Positions 17,350 through 26,206 of a stretch of DNA of 64,000 nt are shown here, piece by piece. Each line of letters begins with the position of its first letter. Position 1 is the first letter of the stretch. Made by a program: the position numbers and the translations under genes. The stretch is from contig NZ_CALSAL010000006.1 in assembly GCF_943372955.1 (NCBI RefSeq), positions 11,888 through 75,887 of the forward strand, in the 5' to 3' direction. The stretch comes from Polaromonas sp. YR568 (GTDB taxonomy: Bacteria; Pseudomonadota; Gammaproteobacteria; Burkholderiales; Burkholderiaceae_C). Under the pieces are notes generated by a model, which was not told where the DNA came from, did not search any database, and saw only the letters and a program-made list of their open reading frames with translations.

Positions 17350-17531
17350 GCAGACTGGTATTCCACCAGCTGAGCCGCGGAACCGGCTCCGCCGGGCCGC
17401 AGGCGGGCGGCCCCCTCGGGGCTGACGACCGTGGCTCCAAACCTGCCTGCGCAGGTTTGGACGGGAGGAAGGGCCCATGCCTCAGGCATGGGCATGTCCA
17501 GGGAGTTACGCGAAGCGAACGACCGTGGGGG
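17350..17531. repeat. REP-like repeat, composite copy C with a ~80-bp internal insert carrying two perfect hairpins
   Basis: Left half GAGCCGCGGAACCGGCTCCGCCGGGCCGCAGGCGGGCGGCCCCCTCGGGG and right half GGGAGTTACGCGAAGCGAACGACCGTGGGGGC match copy A/B. The insert has CCAAACCTGC-CTGC-GCAGGTTTGG (17437-17460) and GCCCATGCC-TCA-GGCATGGGC (17473-17493). It spans from the recX stop to the argC stop. Confidence 0.65.
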
Positions 17532-18443
17532 CTACACCTTCAACATCAGCTTCAGGTTCTGCACCGCTGCGCCAGAAGCACCTTTGCCCAGATTGTCCAG
17601 ACGCGCAATCAACACCGCATGGCGATGGGTTTCGTTGCCGAAGACCCGCAGCTCCATCTTGTTCGTGTCATTCAGTGCCAGTGCGTCGAGCTTGCCAGTG
17701 GCCGGTGCGTCTTCCACGGTCACCCATTCGCTGCCGGCGTAGTGCGCGCTGAGTGCGGCCTGAATTTCCGCTGTTGTCGGTTTGCCCGGCAGCAGATCAA
17801 GGTGCAGCGGCAATTGCACCAGCATGCCCTGCTCGAAGTTGCCAACTGACGGAATGAACACCGGCCGGCGGGTCAGGCCGGTGTATTTCATGATTTCCGG
17901 CAGGTGCTTGTGTTCCAGCGCCAGGCCGTAGATTTCAAACAGCGGCGCCGTACCGGCCTCGTAAGCCTCAATCATCTGGCGGCCACCGCCGGAGTAACCA
18001 CTCACCGACGGCAGGCTCAACGGGAAATCGGGTGGCAGCAGGCCGGCGTCGACCAGCGGACGAATCAGCGCAATCGCCCCCGTCGCATAGCAGCCCGGGT
18101 TGCCCACCCGCTCTGCCGACGCCACGGCGTCGCGCTGGCTGCGGGTCAGTTCCGGAAAGCCGTAGACCCAGCCGGGCACCGTGCGGTGCGCGGTGGATGC
18201 GTCAATGATCTTGGGTTTTTTGCCCGGCAGGCTGTCGATCATGGCCACCGACTCGCGGGCCGCGTCGTCGTGCAGACAAAGAATGACCAGGTCCACCTGC
18301 GCCATCAGGTCTCGCTTGGCGGCGGGGTCCTTGCGCAGTTCCGGTGCGATGCTGACCAGCTCGATCTGCGGCATCGCCTGCAGCCGCTCGCGGATCTGCA
18401 GGCCGGTGGTGCCCGCCTCGCCATCAATGAATACTTTGGCCAT
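17532..18443 (-). CDS. argC: N-acetyl-gamma-glutamyl-phosphate reductase (short type 2 form)
   Basis: [21 protein letters not shown]; active-site [11 protein letters not shown]. Confidence 0.9.
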   Translation of the reverse strand: MAKVFIDGEAGTTGLQIRERLQAMPQIELVSIAPELRKDPAAKRDLMAQVDLVILCLHDDAARESVAMIDSLPGKKPKIIDASTAHRTVPGWVYGFPELTRSQRDAVASAERVGNPGCYATGAIALIRPLVDAGLLPPDFPLSLPSVSGYSGGGRQMIEAYEAGTAPLFEIYGLALEHKHLPEIMKYTGLTRRPVFIPSVGNFEQGMLVQLPLHLDLLPGKPTTAEIQAALSAHYAGSEWVTVEDAPATGKLDALALNDTNKMELRVFGNETHRHAVLIARLDNLGKGASGAAVQNLKLMLKV

Positions 18444-18744
18444 CCAGCACTTTCAATACAGGGGAAAACAACAGGGGAAATGACAGGAAAAACGGGACGT
18501 TGAGCGGGCTGCCGGGGGAGCCGGCGGCGCCTTAACAGGCGTCCGGAGGCTGCTTTTGGGGCCTCAAAACCGGCGTCAGCCGCGCACAAGGATTGTGCGT
18601 CGCACCATGATACAGTTCTGCGTTGCTGCCTGCAGTGACCGCTGACGTGGTTTTTTGGGCTGGTGTGGCCTGTTTCCGACACCTCATTTCCTCGCCCGAA
18701 TCCCCTGTTGCACCCCCTTTTCTACTGAATTCTGAAGGTCCCCC

Positions 18745-19905
18745 ATGAAAATTCACGAGTACCAGGGCAAGGAAATCTTGCGCAATTTTGGTGTGCCTGT
18801 GCCGCGCGGCATTTCGGCTTTCACGGTGCAGGAAGCGGTCGAAGCCGCCCAGAAGCTCGGTGGCCCGGTGTGGGTCGTGAAGGCGCAAATCCACGCCGGT
18901 GGCCGTGGCAAGGGCGGCGGCGTGAAGGTGGCCAAAACCATCGACGACGTCAAGCGCATTGCCGGTGAAATCCTGGGCATGCAGCTCAAGACCCACCAGA
19001 CCGGCCCGGAAGGCCAGAAAGTCCGTCGCCTCTATATTGAAGACGGTGCCGACATCCAGAAGGAATATTACGTCTCGGCCGTGACCGACCGTGAGTCCCA
19101 GAAGGTGGCCTTCATTGCCTCCAGCGAAGGCGGCATGGACATCGAAGAGGTGGCCCACTCTCACCCCGAGAAGATCATCAAGGTGTTTGTCGATCCGCTG
19201 GTCGGCATGACGGACGCGCAGGCCAAGGAAATTGCCGACGGCATCGGCATGCCGGCCGACTCGCTGGCCCAGGCCACCGATGTGTTCAAGAAGCTCTACA
19301 AGTGCTACATGGACACCGACGCATCGCTGGTGGAAATCAACCCCCTGAACCGCGACAGCAAGGGCAATGTCATGGCGCTGGACGCCAAGTTCAACTTTGA
19401 CCCGAACGCGCTGTTCCGTCACCCCGAAATCGTGGCCTACCGCGATCTGGACGAGGAAGACCCGGCCGAAGTGGAAGCCAGCAAGTTCGATCTGGCCTAC
19501 ATCAGCCTCGATGGCAACATCGGCTGCCTGGTGAACGGCGCCGGTCTGGCCATGGCCACCATGGACACCATCAAACTGTTCGGCGGCGAGCCGGCCAACT
19601 TCCTGGACGTGGGCGGTGGCGCCACTGCCGAGAAGGTGACCGAAGCCTTCAAGATCATGTTGAAGAATCCCTCCGTCAAGGGCATTCTGGTCAACATCTT
19701 TGGCGGCATCATGAAGTGCGACACCATTGCCGAAGGCGTGATCACCGCCTGCCGCGCAGTGAACCTGTCCGTGCCGCTGGTGGTGCGCATGAAGGGCACC
19801 AACGAAGACCTGGGCAAGAAGATGCTGGCCGACTCCGGTCTGCCCATCATCGCCGCAGACACCATGGCCGAAGCCGCGACCAAAATCGTGGCTGCCGTCA
19901 AGTAA
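18745..19905 (+). CDS. sucC: succinate--CoA ligase (ADP-forming) subunit beta
   Basis: [22 protein letters not shown]..., ATP-grasp, classic SucC over the full length. Confidence 0.95.
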   Translation: MKIHEYQGKEILRNFGVPVPRGISAFTVQEAVEAAQKLGGPVWVVKAQIHAGGRGKGGGVKVAKTIDDVKRIAGEILGMQLKTHQTGPEGQKVRRLYIEDGADIQKEYYVSAVTDRESQKVAFIASSEGGMDIEEVAHSHPEKIIKVFVDPLVGMTDAQAKEIADGIGMPADSLAQATDVFKKLYKCYMDTDASLVEINPLNRDSKGNVMALDAKFNFDPNALFRHPEIVAYRDLDEEDPAEVEASKFDLAYISLDGNIGCLVNGAGLAMATMDTIKLFGGEPANFLDVGGGATAEKVTEAFKIMLKNPSVKGILVNIFGGIMKCDTIAEGVITACRAVNLSVPLVVRMKGTNEDLGKKMLADSGLPIIAADTMAEAATKIVAAVK

Positions 19906-19922
19906 GCCCAGGAGAACACAGC

Positions 19923-20819
19923 ATGTCCATCTACATCAACAAAAACACCAAAGTCATCACCCAGGGCATCACCGGCAAGACGGGTCAGTTCCACACCCGC
20001 ATGTGCCGTGATTACGCCAACGGCAAGAACGCCTTTGTGGCCGGCGTGAACCCCAAGAAAGCCGGCGAAGACTTCGAAGGCATCCCGATTTACGCCAACG
20101 TGACCGAGGCCGCCAAGGCCACCGGCGCAACGGTGTCCGTCATCTATGTTCCACCCGCAGGCGCTGCCGCCGCGATCTGGGAAGCCGTCGAGGCCGACCT
20201 CGACCTGGCGATCTGCATCACCGAAGGCATTCCCGTCAAGGACATGCTGGAAGTGCGCAACCGCATGAAGGCCAAGGAAGCCGCCGGTGGCAAGAAAACC
20301 CTGCTGCTCGGCCCTAACTGCCCCGGCCTGATCACGCCGGAAGAAATCAAGATCGGCATCATGCCCGGCCACATCCACCGCAAGGGCCGCATTGGCGTGG
20401 TGTCGCGCTCTGGCACGCTCACCTATGAAGCCGTGGCGCAACTGACCGAAATCGGCTTGGGCCAGTCCAGCGCCGTCGGTATCGGTGGCGACCCGATTAA
20501 TGGTCTCAAGCACATCGACGTGATGAAGGCCTTCAACGACGACCCCGACACCGACGCCGTCATCATGATTGGCGAAATCGGTGGCCCGGACGAGGCAGAA
20601 GCCGCCCAGTGGTGCAAGGCCAACATGAAGAAGCCCATCGTTGGCTTCATCGCCGGCGTGACCGCCCCGGCTGGCAAGCGCATGGGCCATGCCGGTGCGC
20701 TGATCTCCGGCGGTGCCGACACGGCCGACGCCAAACTGGCCATCATGGAAGCCTGCGGGTTTACCGTGACGCGCAACCCGTCCGAAATGGGCAAACTGCT
20801 CAAAGCGCTGCTGAAATAA
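19923..20819 (+). CDS. sucD: succinate--CoA ligase subunit alpha
   Basis: ORF 19716..20819 trimmed to ATG 19923 (AGGAGA upstream). [21 protein letters not shown]; phosphohistidine loop [11 protein letters not shown]. Confidence 0.95.
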   Translation: MSIYINKNTKVITQGITGKTGQFHTRMCRDYANGKNAFVAGVNPKKAGEDFEGIPIYANVTEAAKATGATVSVIYVPPAGAAAAIWEAVEADLDLAICITEGIPVKDMLEVRNRMKAKEAAGGKKTLLLGPNCPGLITPEEIKIGIMPGHIHRKGRIGVVSRSGTLTYEAVAQLTEIGLGQSSAVGIGGDPINGLKHIDVMKAFNDDPDTDAVIMIGEIGGPDEAEAAQWCKANMKKPIVGFIAGVTAPAGKRMGHAGALISGGADTADAKLAIMEACGFTVTRNPSEMGKLLKALLK

Positions 20820-20863
20820 GCCCTTCCGCCGACCGCCGGTTGCGGTTAGCCACAACAGACAGG

Positions 20864-20893
20864 CCGATTGTCTTCACCGACAATCGGTTTTTT
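20864..20893 (+). terminator. rho-independent terminator after sucD
   Basis: Perfect 9-bp stem CCGATTGTC/GACAATCGG, 6-nt loop, then TTTTTTGATTTTTT. Confidence 0.7.
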
Positions 20894-20913
20894 GATTTTT
20901 TCGAGAGGTTCCC

Positions 20914-21615
20914 ATGGAAGAGTTTATGACCGCAAGCTTCTGGCTTGCCGTTGGTCAGATCATCATGATCGACATCCTGCTGGGTGGCGACAACGCGGTG
21001 GTGATCGCACTGGCATGCCGGAACCTGCCCCCCAAACAGCGCCGGCTGGGCATCATTTACGGTACCGCTGGCGCCATCGTTCTCCGGGTGATCCTGATTG
21101 CCTTTGCGCTGGCACTGCTGTCCGTCCCGTACCTCAAGATCGTGGGTGCCATCCTGCTGCTCTGGATTGGTGTCAAGCTGATGATTCCCGAGGACGAGGG
21201 CGACCACAACATCAGCCCCAGCGATAAGCTCTGGGGCGCCGTGAAGACGGTCATCGTCGCCGACCTCGTGATGAGCGTCGACAACGTGCTGGCGATTGCC
21301 GGTGCCGCCCAGGGTGCAGGGCAGCAGCATCAGCTGCCGCTGGTCATCTTCGGTCTGGTGGTGAGCATTCCCATCATCGTCTGGGGCAGCCAGATCGTGC
21401 TCAAGCTGATGGAGCGTTTCCCGATCATCATCACGCTCGGCGCGATGCTGCTGGGCTGGATCGCCGGCCAGATGGCTTACAGCGACCCGGCCATCAAGCC
21501 TTATCTGCCCGCTTTCGCCTATGGCGGTTATCTGGCGGCCGCCGCCGGTGCCTTGCTGGTGCTGGTGATTGCCAAGGCGCTGCAAATGCGCCAGAAAAGC
21601 TCCACCCCGGCCTGA
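20914..21615 (+). CDS. TerC/YjbE family integral membrane protein
   Basis: GGDNAVVIALA and MSVDNVLAIAGAA signature repeats; multiple TM helices. Confidence 0.85.
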   Translation: MEEFMTASFWLAVGQIIMIDILLGGDNAVVIALACRNLPPKQRRLGIIYGTAGAIVLRVILIAFALALLSVPYLKIVGAILLLWIGVKLMIPEDEGDHNISPSDKLWGAVKTVIVADLVMSVDNVLAIAGAAQGAGQQHQLPLVIFGLVVSIPIIVWGSQIVLKLMERFPIIITLGAMLLGWIAGQMAYSDPAIKPYLPAFAYGGYLAAAAGALLVLVIAKALQMRQKSSTPA

Positions 21616-21621
21616 CCGGGG

Positions 21622-21660
21622 CTGACGGCCGGATCGGCCGTCAGGCACCGGAGCCGGTGC
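21622..21660 (+). terminator. two GC-rich hairpins after the TerC-family gene (no U-tract)
   Basis: CTGACGGCCG-GAT-CGGCCGTCAG (21622-21644) followed by GCACCGG-AG-CCGGTGC (21645-21660). No T run follows, so intrinsic termination is uncertain. Confidence 0.3.
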
Positions 21661-21930
21661 GCATCCCAGCGCCCGGCCCGGCGCTGTGCCGCTGGCTGCG
21701 GCGCAGAACATATTCGCAACACAAGCTTTCACGCCCTCCAAGGCCGTGCAAAAGTCACTTGTCCGGCAGCACCCCGTCTGTTAACGTCCGAAATCCAGCA
21801 GCTTGTAACAAGACCGAAACATTCGGCAGTGCTGGGGGAAGTTCGAAACAGTCGGTAACGGCTCGAATGGCTGAGCGCAGGTTCCTGGTGAGGGGGCTGC
21901 GCACGGTTCAAGCAGCACAAGGGACGGGAA

Positions 21931-24654
21931 GTGGCCAAATCATCAGCAAAGTGGAATCAGTTCTGGCGGGCCGACTGGTTCGTCGGCTTTCTGGTGGTGC
22001 TGGCCGTTCTGGTGTTCCATGGCGCCACCGATTTCTTCAGCACGCTGGAACGCCGCTATTACGACTTCGCGAGCACCAGCACCTCACGCCAGCCGTCTGA
22101 TCGCATCGCCATCATCGCGATTGACGACCAGAGCATTGCCAACATCGGCCGCTGGCCGTGGCCGCGCGACGTACATGCCCAGCTGATCGACCAGCTGGCC
22201 GCCGCCAAGGCCAAGACCATCGTCCACACTGCCTTCTTTTTTGAGCCGCAGACCGACCGTGGGCTGGTGTTCATCCGCAAGATCAAGGAGGCGCTTGGCC
22301 CCGTGGCCCCGGCTTCGCCAGCCCCGGCGCCCGCATCATCCGCAGACGCTGCAGCGGTGTCGGCTTCGCCCGATTTGACCGCGCCCCCGCCGGGGGGGCT
22401 GGCCGAGCAGCTGGGCAAGGTCATTGCCGATGCCGAGGTGGCCCTGGACACCGATGCCAAACTGGCCAGCAGCATGAAGGCTGCCGGCAATGTGCTGGTG
22501 CCTTCTGTTTTCACCTTGGGTGAACCCCAGGGTCGGCCCGACAGCCCGCTGCCCGCCTTCGCCCTGAAAACCGCGGTCGACGAGACGGCCGGTTTCTCCC
22601 TCTCGGCCGTTCGCGGCCAGCAACCCATCGAGCTGATCGGTTCGGCCGCTGCGGGCGTGGCCCACCTCAACCAGCTGCCAGACGTCGACGGCGCGGTGCG
22701 CCAGGAGCCGCTGCTGATCAACTACTACGGCAAGGCCATCCCCTCGATGAGCCTGCTGGCGGCGGCGCACAGCCTGAATCTGGGCGCGGCCGACATCCGG
22801 CTCAACACCGGCGAGTCGGTGCAGATCGGCAAGAAGGTGGTCCGCACCGACGAAGCCGCCCTGATGCTGCCGCAGTTCTACCGGGGCCACGATGGGCGTG
22901 CGGCCTTCGCGGTGGACTCCTTTTACGACGTCGCTTCAGGCAAGATTCCGGCCAGCAAGTACGCCGACAAGATCGTGATCATTGGCGCCACGGCGGCCGG
23001 TGTGGGCACCCAGTTCGCAACGCCTGCCGGGGCGGGTTTGTCGCCAGCCGAAACCATGGCGCACATCACCTCCAGCATCCTGAGCGAGCATTTCATCGTG
23101 CAGCCGGGCTGGGGCGTCTGGGCCATGCTCGGCGCCTTTTTGCTGGTGGCGGGTTATCTGGTGGCCGGTCTGCCGCGACTTTCCGCCGGCAAGGCTGCGG
23201 TCGTCACGCTGGGTCTCTTTGTGGGGTTGCTTGTGCTGGAGTTCGGCCTGCTCTCGGCCGCGGCGACCTGGCTCAAGCTGGTGTTCCCTGCCGCCCTGCT
23301 GGTGATCGGGCATCTGGCGCTGACCACCAAACGCTTCCTGGTCACTGAGGCGGGCAAGCAGAAATCCGACGAGGAATCGGCCGAAACCAATCGCATGATG
23401 GGGCTGGCGCTGCAGGGGCAGGGGCAGCTGGACATGGCGTTCGACCGCTTCCGCCGCGTGCCGTTCACCGATGCGCTGATGGACAACATGAACAACCTGG
23501 CGCTGGACTTCGAGCGCAAGCGTCAGTTCAACAAGGCGCAAGCCGTGTACGAGTACATGGCCACCTACAACAAGAACCACAAGGACCTGCAATCCAAGCT
23601 GAACCGGGCCAAGAACCTGTCCGAGACGGTGATTCTGGGCGGCGGCAGCAGCCACCCGGGTGGCACGCTGCTGCTCGACGGAGGCGCTGTCGAAAAACCC
23701 ATGCTGGGCCGCTACCAGGTTGAAAAAGAACTGGGCAAGGGCGCCATGGGCGTGGTGTATCTGGGCAAAGACCCCAAGATCGGCCGCGTGGTCGCCATCA
23801 AGACCATGGCGCTGAGCCAGGAGTTCGAAGGCGAGGAGCTGGACGATGCTCGCGAGCGCTTCTTCCGCGAGGCCGAAACCGCAGGCCGGCTGCAGCACCA
23901 GAACATCGTCACCATTTTTGATGCCGGCGAAGAGCACGATCTGGCCTACATCGCCATGGAGTTCCTGAAGGGCAAGGACCTCGCCGATGTGACCCGCGAC
24001 GGCCATCTGCTGCCGATGCCGCAGGTCCTGTCCATCGTCGCCCGGGTGGCCGAGGCGCTGGCCTACGCCCACAAGCAGAATGTGGTGCACCGCGACATCA
24101 AGCCGGCCAACATCATGTACGAGCCGTCCACGGACACCGTCAAGGTCACCGACTTCGGCATCGCCCGCATCACCGACTCCAGCAAGACCAAAACCGGTCT
24201 GGTACTGGGCACGCCCAGCTTCATGTCGCCGGAGCAGATTGCCGGCAAGAAGGTCGATGGCCGCTCCGACCTGTATTCGCTGGGCGTGATGCTCTACCAG
24301 ATGCTGACCGGCGTGTTGCCCTTCCGGGGGGATTCGATGGCCGAGTTGATGTACAAGATTGCCAATGAAGAGGCGCCCGACATCCGCATCGTCCGCAAGG
24401 ACCTTCCCGACGCACTGGCGCAGATCGTGGCCCTGTGCCTCACCAAAAAGCCCGAACAGCGTTACCAGGACGGCGATCAGCTCGGCGCCGACTTGCGGGC
24501 CGTGATCGCTACGCTGGCGCCGTCCGGCGCATCCGCGGTCCACGCGGCACCGGCCGCCCCCGGCGCTGCAGGTGCCGCAACCCCGGCAGAAACCCCGTCG
24601 TTCGAGAGAACCGTCACCACCCAGGCGCCTGCCGCCGGGGCCGATCCACACTGA
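21931..24654 (+). CDS. CHASE2 sensor domain-containing Hanks-type serine/threonine protein kinase
   Basis: GTG start. CHASE2 hallmark IAIIAIDDQSIANIGRWPWPRDVHAQLIDQL. TM helices around residues 395-470, a helical linker, and a kinase domain (GAMGVVYLG, VAIK, HRDIKPANIM, DFGIAR, GTPSFMSPEQ). Confidence 0.85.
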   Translation: MAKSSAKWNQFWRADWFVGFLVVLAVLVFHGATDFFSTLERRYYDFASTSTSRQPSDRIAIIAIDDQSIANIGRWPWPRDVHAQLIDQLAAAKAKTIVHTAFFFEPQTDRGLVFIRKIKEALGPVAPASPAPAPASSADAAAVSASPDLTAPPPGGLAEQLGKVIADAEVALDTDAKLASSMKAAGNVLVPSVFTLGEPQGRPDSPLPAFALKTAVDETAGFSLSAVRGQQPIELIGSAAAGVAHLNQLPDVDGAVRQEPLLINYYGKAIPSMSLLAAAHSLNLGAADIRLNTGESVQIGKKVVRTDEAALMLPQFYRGHDGRAAFAVDSFYDVASGKIPASKYADKIVIIGATAAGVGTQFATPAGAGLSPAETMAHITSSILSEHFIVQPGWGVWAMLGAFLLVAGYLVAGLPRLSAGKAAVVTLGLFVGLLVLEFGLLSAAATWLKLVFPAALLVIGHLALTTKRFLVTEAGKQKSDEESAETNRMMGLALQGQGQLDMAFDRFRRVPFTDALMDNMNNLALDFERKRQFNKAQAVYEYMATYNKNHKDLQSKLNRAKNLSETVILGGGSSHPGGTLLLDGGAVEKPMLGRYQVEKELGKGAMGVVYLGKDPKIGRVVAIKTMALSQEFEGEELDDARERFFREAETAGRLQHQNIVTIFDAGEEHDLAYIAMEFLKGKDLADVTRDGHLLPMPQVLSIVARVAEALAYAHKQNVVHRDIKPANIMYEPSTDTVKVTDFGIARITDSSKTKTGLVLGTPSFMSPEQIAGKKVDGRSDLYSLGVMLYQMLTGVLPFRGDSMAELMYKIANEEAPDIRIVRKDLPDALAQIVALCLTKKPEQRYQDGDQLGADLRAVIATLAPSGASAVHAAPAAPGAAGAATPAETPSFERTVTTQAPAAGADPH

Positions 24655-24665
24655 CCTCCGCACAC

Positions 24666-25451
24666 ATGATTTACGAGATTTGCACGGAAACCGACCCAGG
24701 CCTGACGCGGGACAACAACGAAGACGCTGTCGCATTCGACTCCCTGACCCGACTGTGCATCCTGGCCGACGGCATGGGTGGCTACAACGCAGGCGAGATC
24801 GCCAGCGGTATGGCGGTCGCTTTTATCAAGTCGGAAATGGGCCGCTGGCTGGCCCAGGCGGGCCGCAACGCGAACTCCCGCGAGGTGCGGCGGGCGCTCG
24901 AGATCTGTGTCGAGAACGCCAACCACTCGATCTTCAATGCCGCCAACTCCAACCCGCAGTACGCTGGCATGGGCACCACGCTGGTGGTGGGCGCGTTCCA
25001 GGACGGGCGGCTGACGCTGGGCCACATCGGCGACTCCCGTTGTTACCGTCTGCGTGCCGGCGTGTTCGAGCAGATCACCAAAGACCACTCCCTGCTGCAG
25101 GAGCAGATCGATGCCGGCCTGATCACGCCGGAACAGGCACTGACGTCCCTGAACCGTAACCTGGTGACCCGGGCACTGGGGGTCGAAGACACCGTGATGG
25201 TGGAAGTCAACGAGCACCGGGTGGAGACCGGTGATGTGTATCTGATGTGCTCGGACGGCTTGTCCGACATGGTGCCTGATGACGGCATAGCTGCCATACT
25301 CCGGGGCGAGGGAACCCTGGCGCAGCGGGCCCGCCAGATGATCGTGGCCGCCAATCAGGCGGGAGGGCGCGATAATATTTCGGTCCTGCTGGCCGAAGCA
25401 CGCGAAGACGCGGGCAAGCGGGGGTTCTTCTCCAGAATACTGGGAAAATGA
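24666..25451 (+). CDS. PP2C-family (Stp-type) serine/threonine protein phosphatase
   Basis: ORF 24435..25451 trimmed to ATG 24666, 11 nt after the kinase stop. TRDNNEDAV, LADGMGGY, MCSDGLSD, GGRDNISV. Confidence 0.85.
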   Translation: MIYEICTETDPGLTRDNNEDAVAFDSLTRLCILADGMGGYNAGEIASGMAVAFIKSEMGRWLAQAGRNANSREVRRALEICVENANHSIFNAANSNPQYAGMGTTLVVGAFQDGRLTLGHIGDSRCYRLRAGVFEQITKDHSLLQEQIDAGLITPEQALTSLNRNLVTRALGVEDTVMVEVNEHRVETGDVYLMCSDGLSDMVPDDGIAAILRGEGTLAQRARQMIVAANQAGGRDNISVLLAEAREDAGKRGFFSRILGK

Positions 25452-25490
25452 CGCGGTGATGGAATTGTTAAAAACAGACTGGAGTCGGCC

Positions 25491-26147
25491 ATGCCGAAAA
25501 TGATCGTCTCTATCGACGGTGTCGTGATCAAGGAAGTGCAGCTGACCAAGGACAGGACCTCCCTGGGCCGCCGGCCTTACAACGACATCGTGATCGACAA
25601 CCTGGCCGTCAGTGGTGAGCATGCCGTGCTGCAGATGGCAGGCAATGAAGTGCACCTGGAAGACCTCAACAGTACCAACGGCACCTATGTGAACGGCAAG
25701 GCCGTCAAGAAGCAGCTGCTGCAGCACGACGACACCGTCGAAATCGGCAAATACAAGATCAAGTACGTCAGCGAGAACGCCGCTGCCGGGTTCGACAAGA
25801 CCATGGTCATCAAGGCCGGCTCCGGCGGGTTGGTGGCGCCGGCTGCTGCGGCACCAGCCGCCGCCGCGAGCGACCCGATCATGGGCATGAACGGCGCGAT
25901 CAAGGTCATGTCTGGCGCAGCCGCCGGGCGCGAGGTGGCGCTTGTGAAAGTGGTGACCACCATTGGCAAACCTGGCGTGGCGGTCGCCGCCATCACCAAG
26001 CGGCCACAGGGCTTTGTGGTGGCCCATGTGGAAGGCGCCGGCAAACCGACGCTCAACGGCGCGCCCATCGGCCCCGAACCGGTATCGCTCAAGAACGGCG
26101 ACATGCTCGAACTGGCCGGAACCCGAATGCAGTTCGTGCAGCACTGA
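25491..26147 (+). CDS. tandem FHA domain-containing protein (canonical N-terminal FHA, degenerate C-terminal FHA-like module)
   Basis: GGAG upstream of the ATG. LGRRPYNDIVIDNLAVSGEHAVL...STNGTYVNG. The second module, IGKPGVAVAAI...TLNGAPI, lacks GR and SxxH. Confidence 0.8.
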   Translation: MPKMIVSIDGVVIKEVQLTKDRTSLGRRPYNDIVIDNLAVSGEHAVLQMAGNEVHLEDLNSTNGTYVNGKAVKKQLLQHDDTVEIGKYKIKYVSENAAAGFDKTMVIKAGSGGLVAPAAAAPAAAASDPIMGMNGAIKVMSGAAAGREVALVKVVTTIGKPGVAVAAITKRPQGFVVAHVEGAGKPTLNGAPIGPEPVSLKNGDMLELAGTRMQFVQH

Positions 26148-26206
26148 CAGGGGGCTGCCCTGCGTCCTGACGGCACGGTTCATCAGCCCTCCGACATGGA
26201 GCCGCC

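Noticed and set aside
19497-20855. 452-aa ORF antisense to sucC/sucD (also 18532..19422)
   Set aside because: The opposite strand carries unmistakable SucC/SucD. The antisense translation is low-complexity (G/A/R/H/V) with no recognisable domain.
20820-20913. yybP-ykoY (Mn) riboswitch upstream of the TerC-family gene
   Set aside because: The 94-nt spacer is largely occupied by the sucD terminator and leaves about 20 nt before the ATG. There is no room for the ~100-nt four-helix riboswitch.
22936-26183. 599-aa and 568-aa ORFs antisense to the kinase, phosphatase and FHA genes
   Set aside because: This is the same antisense high-GC artefact. The sense strand has complete kinase, PP2C and FHA motifs.
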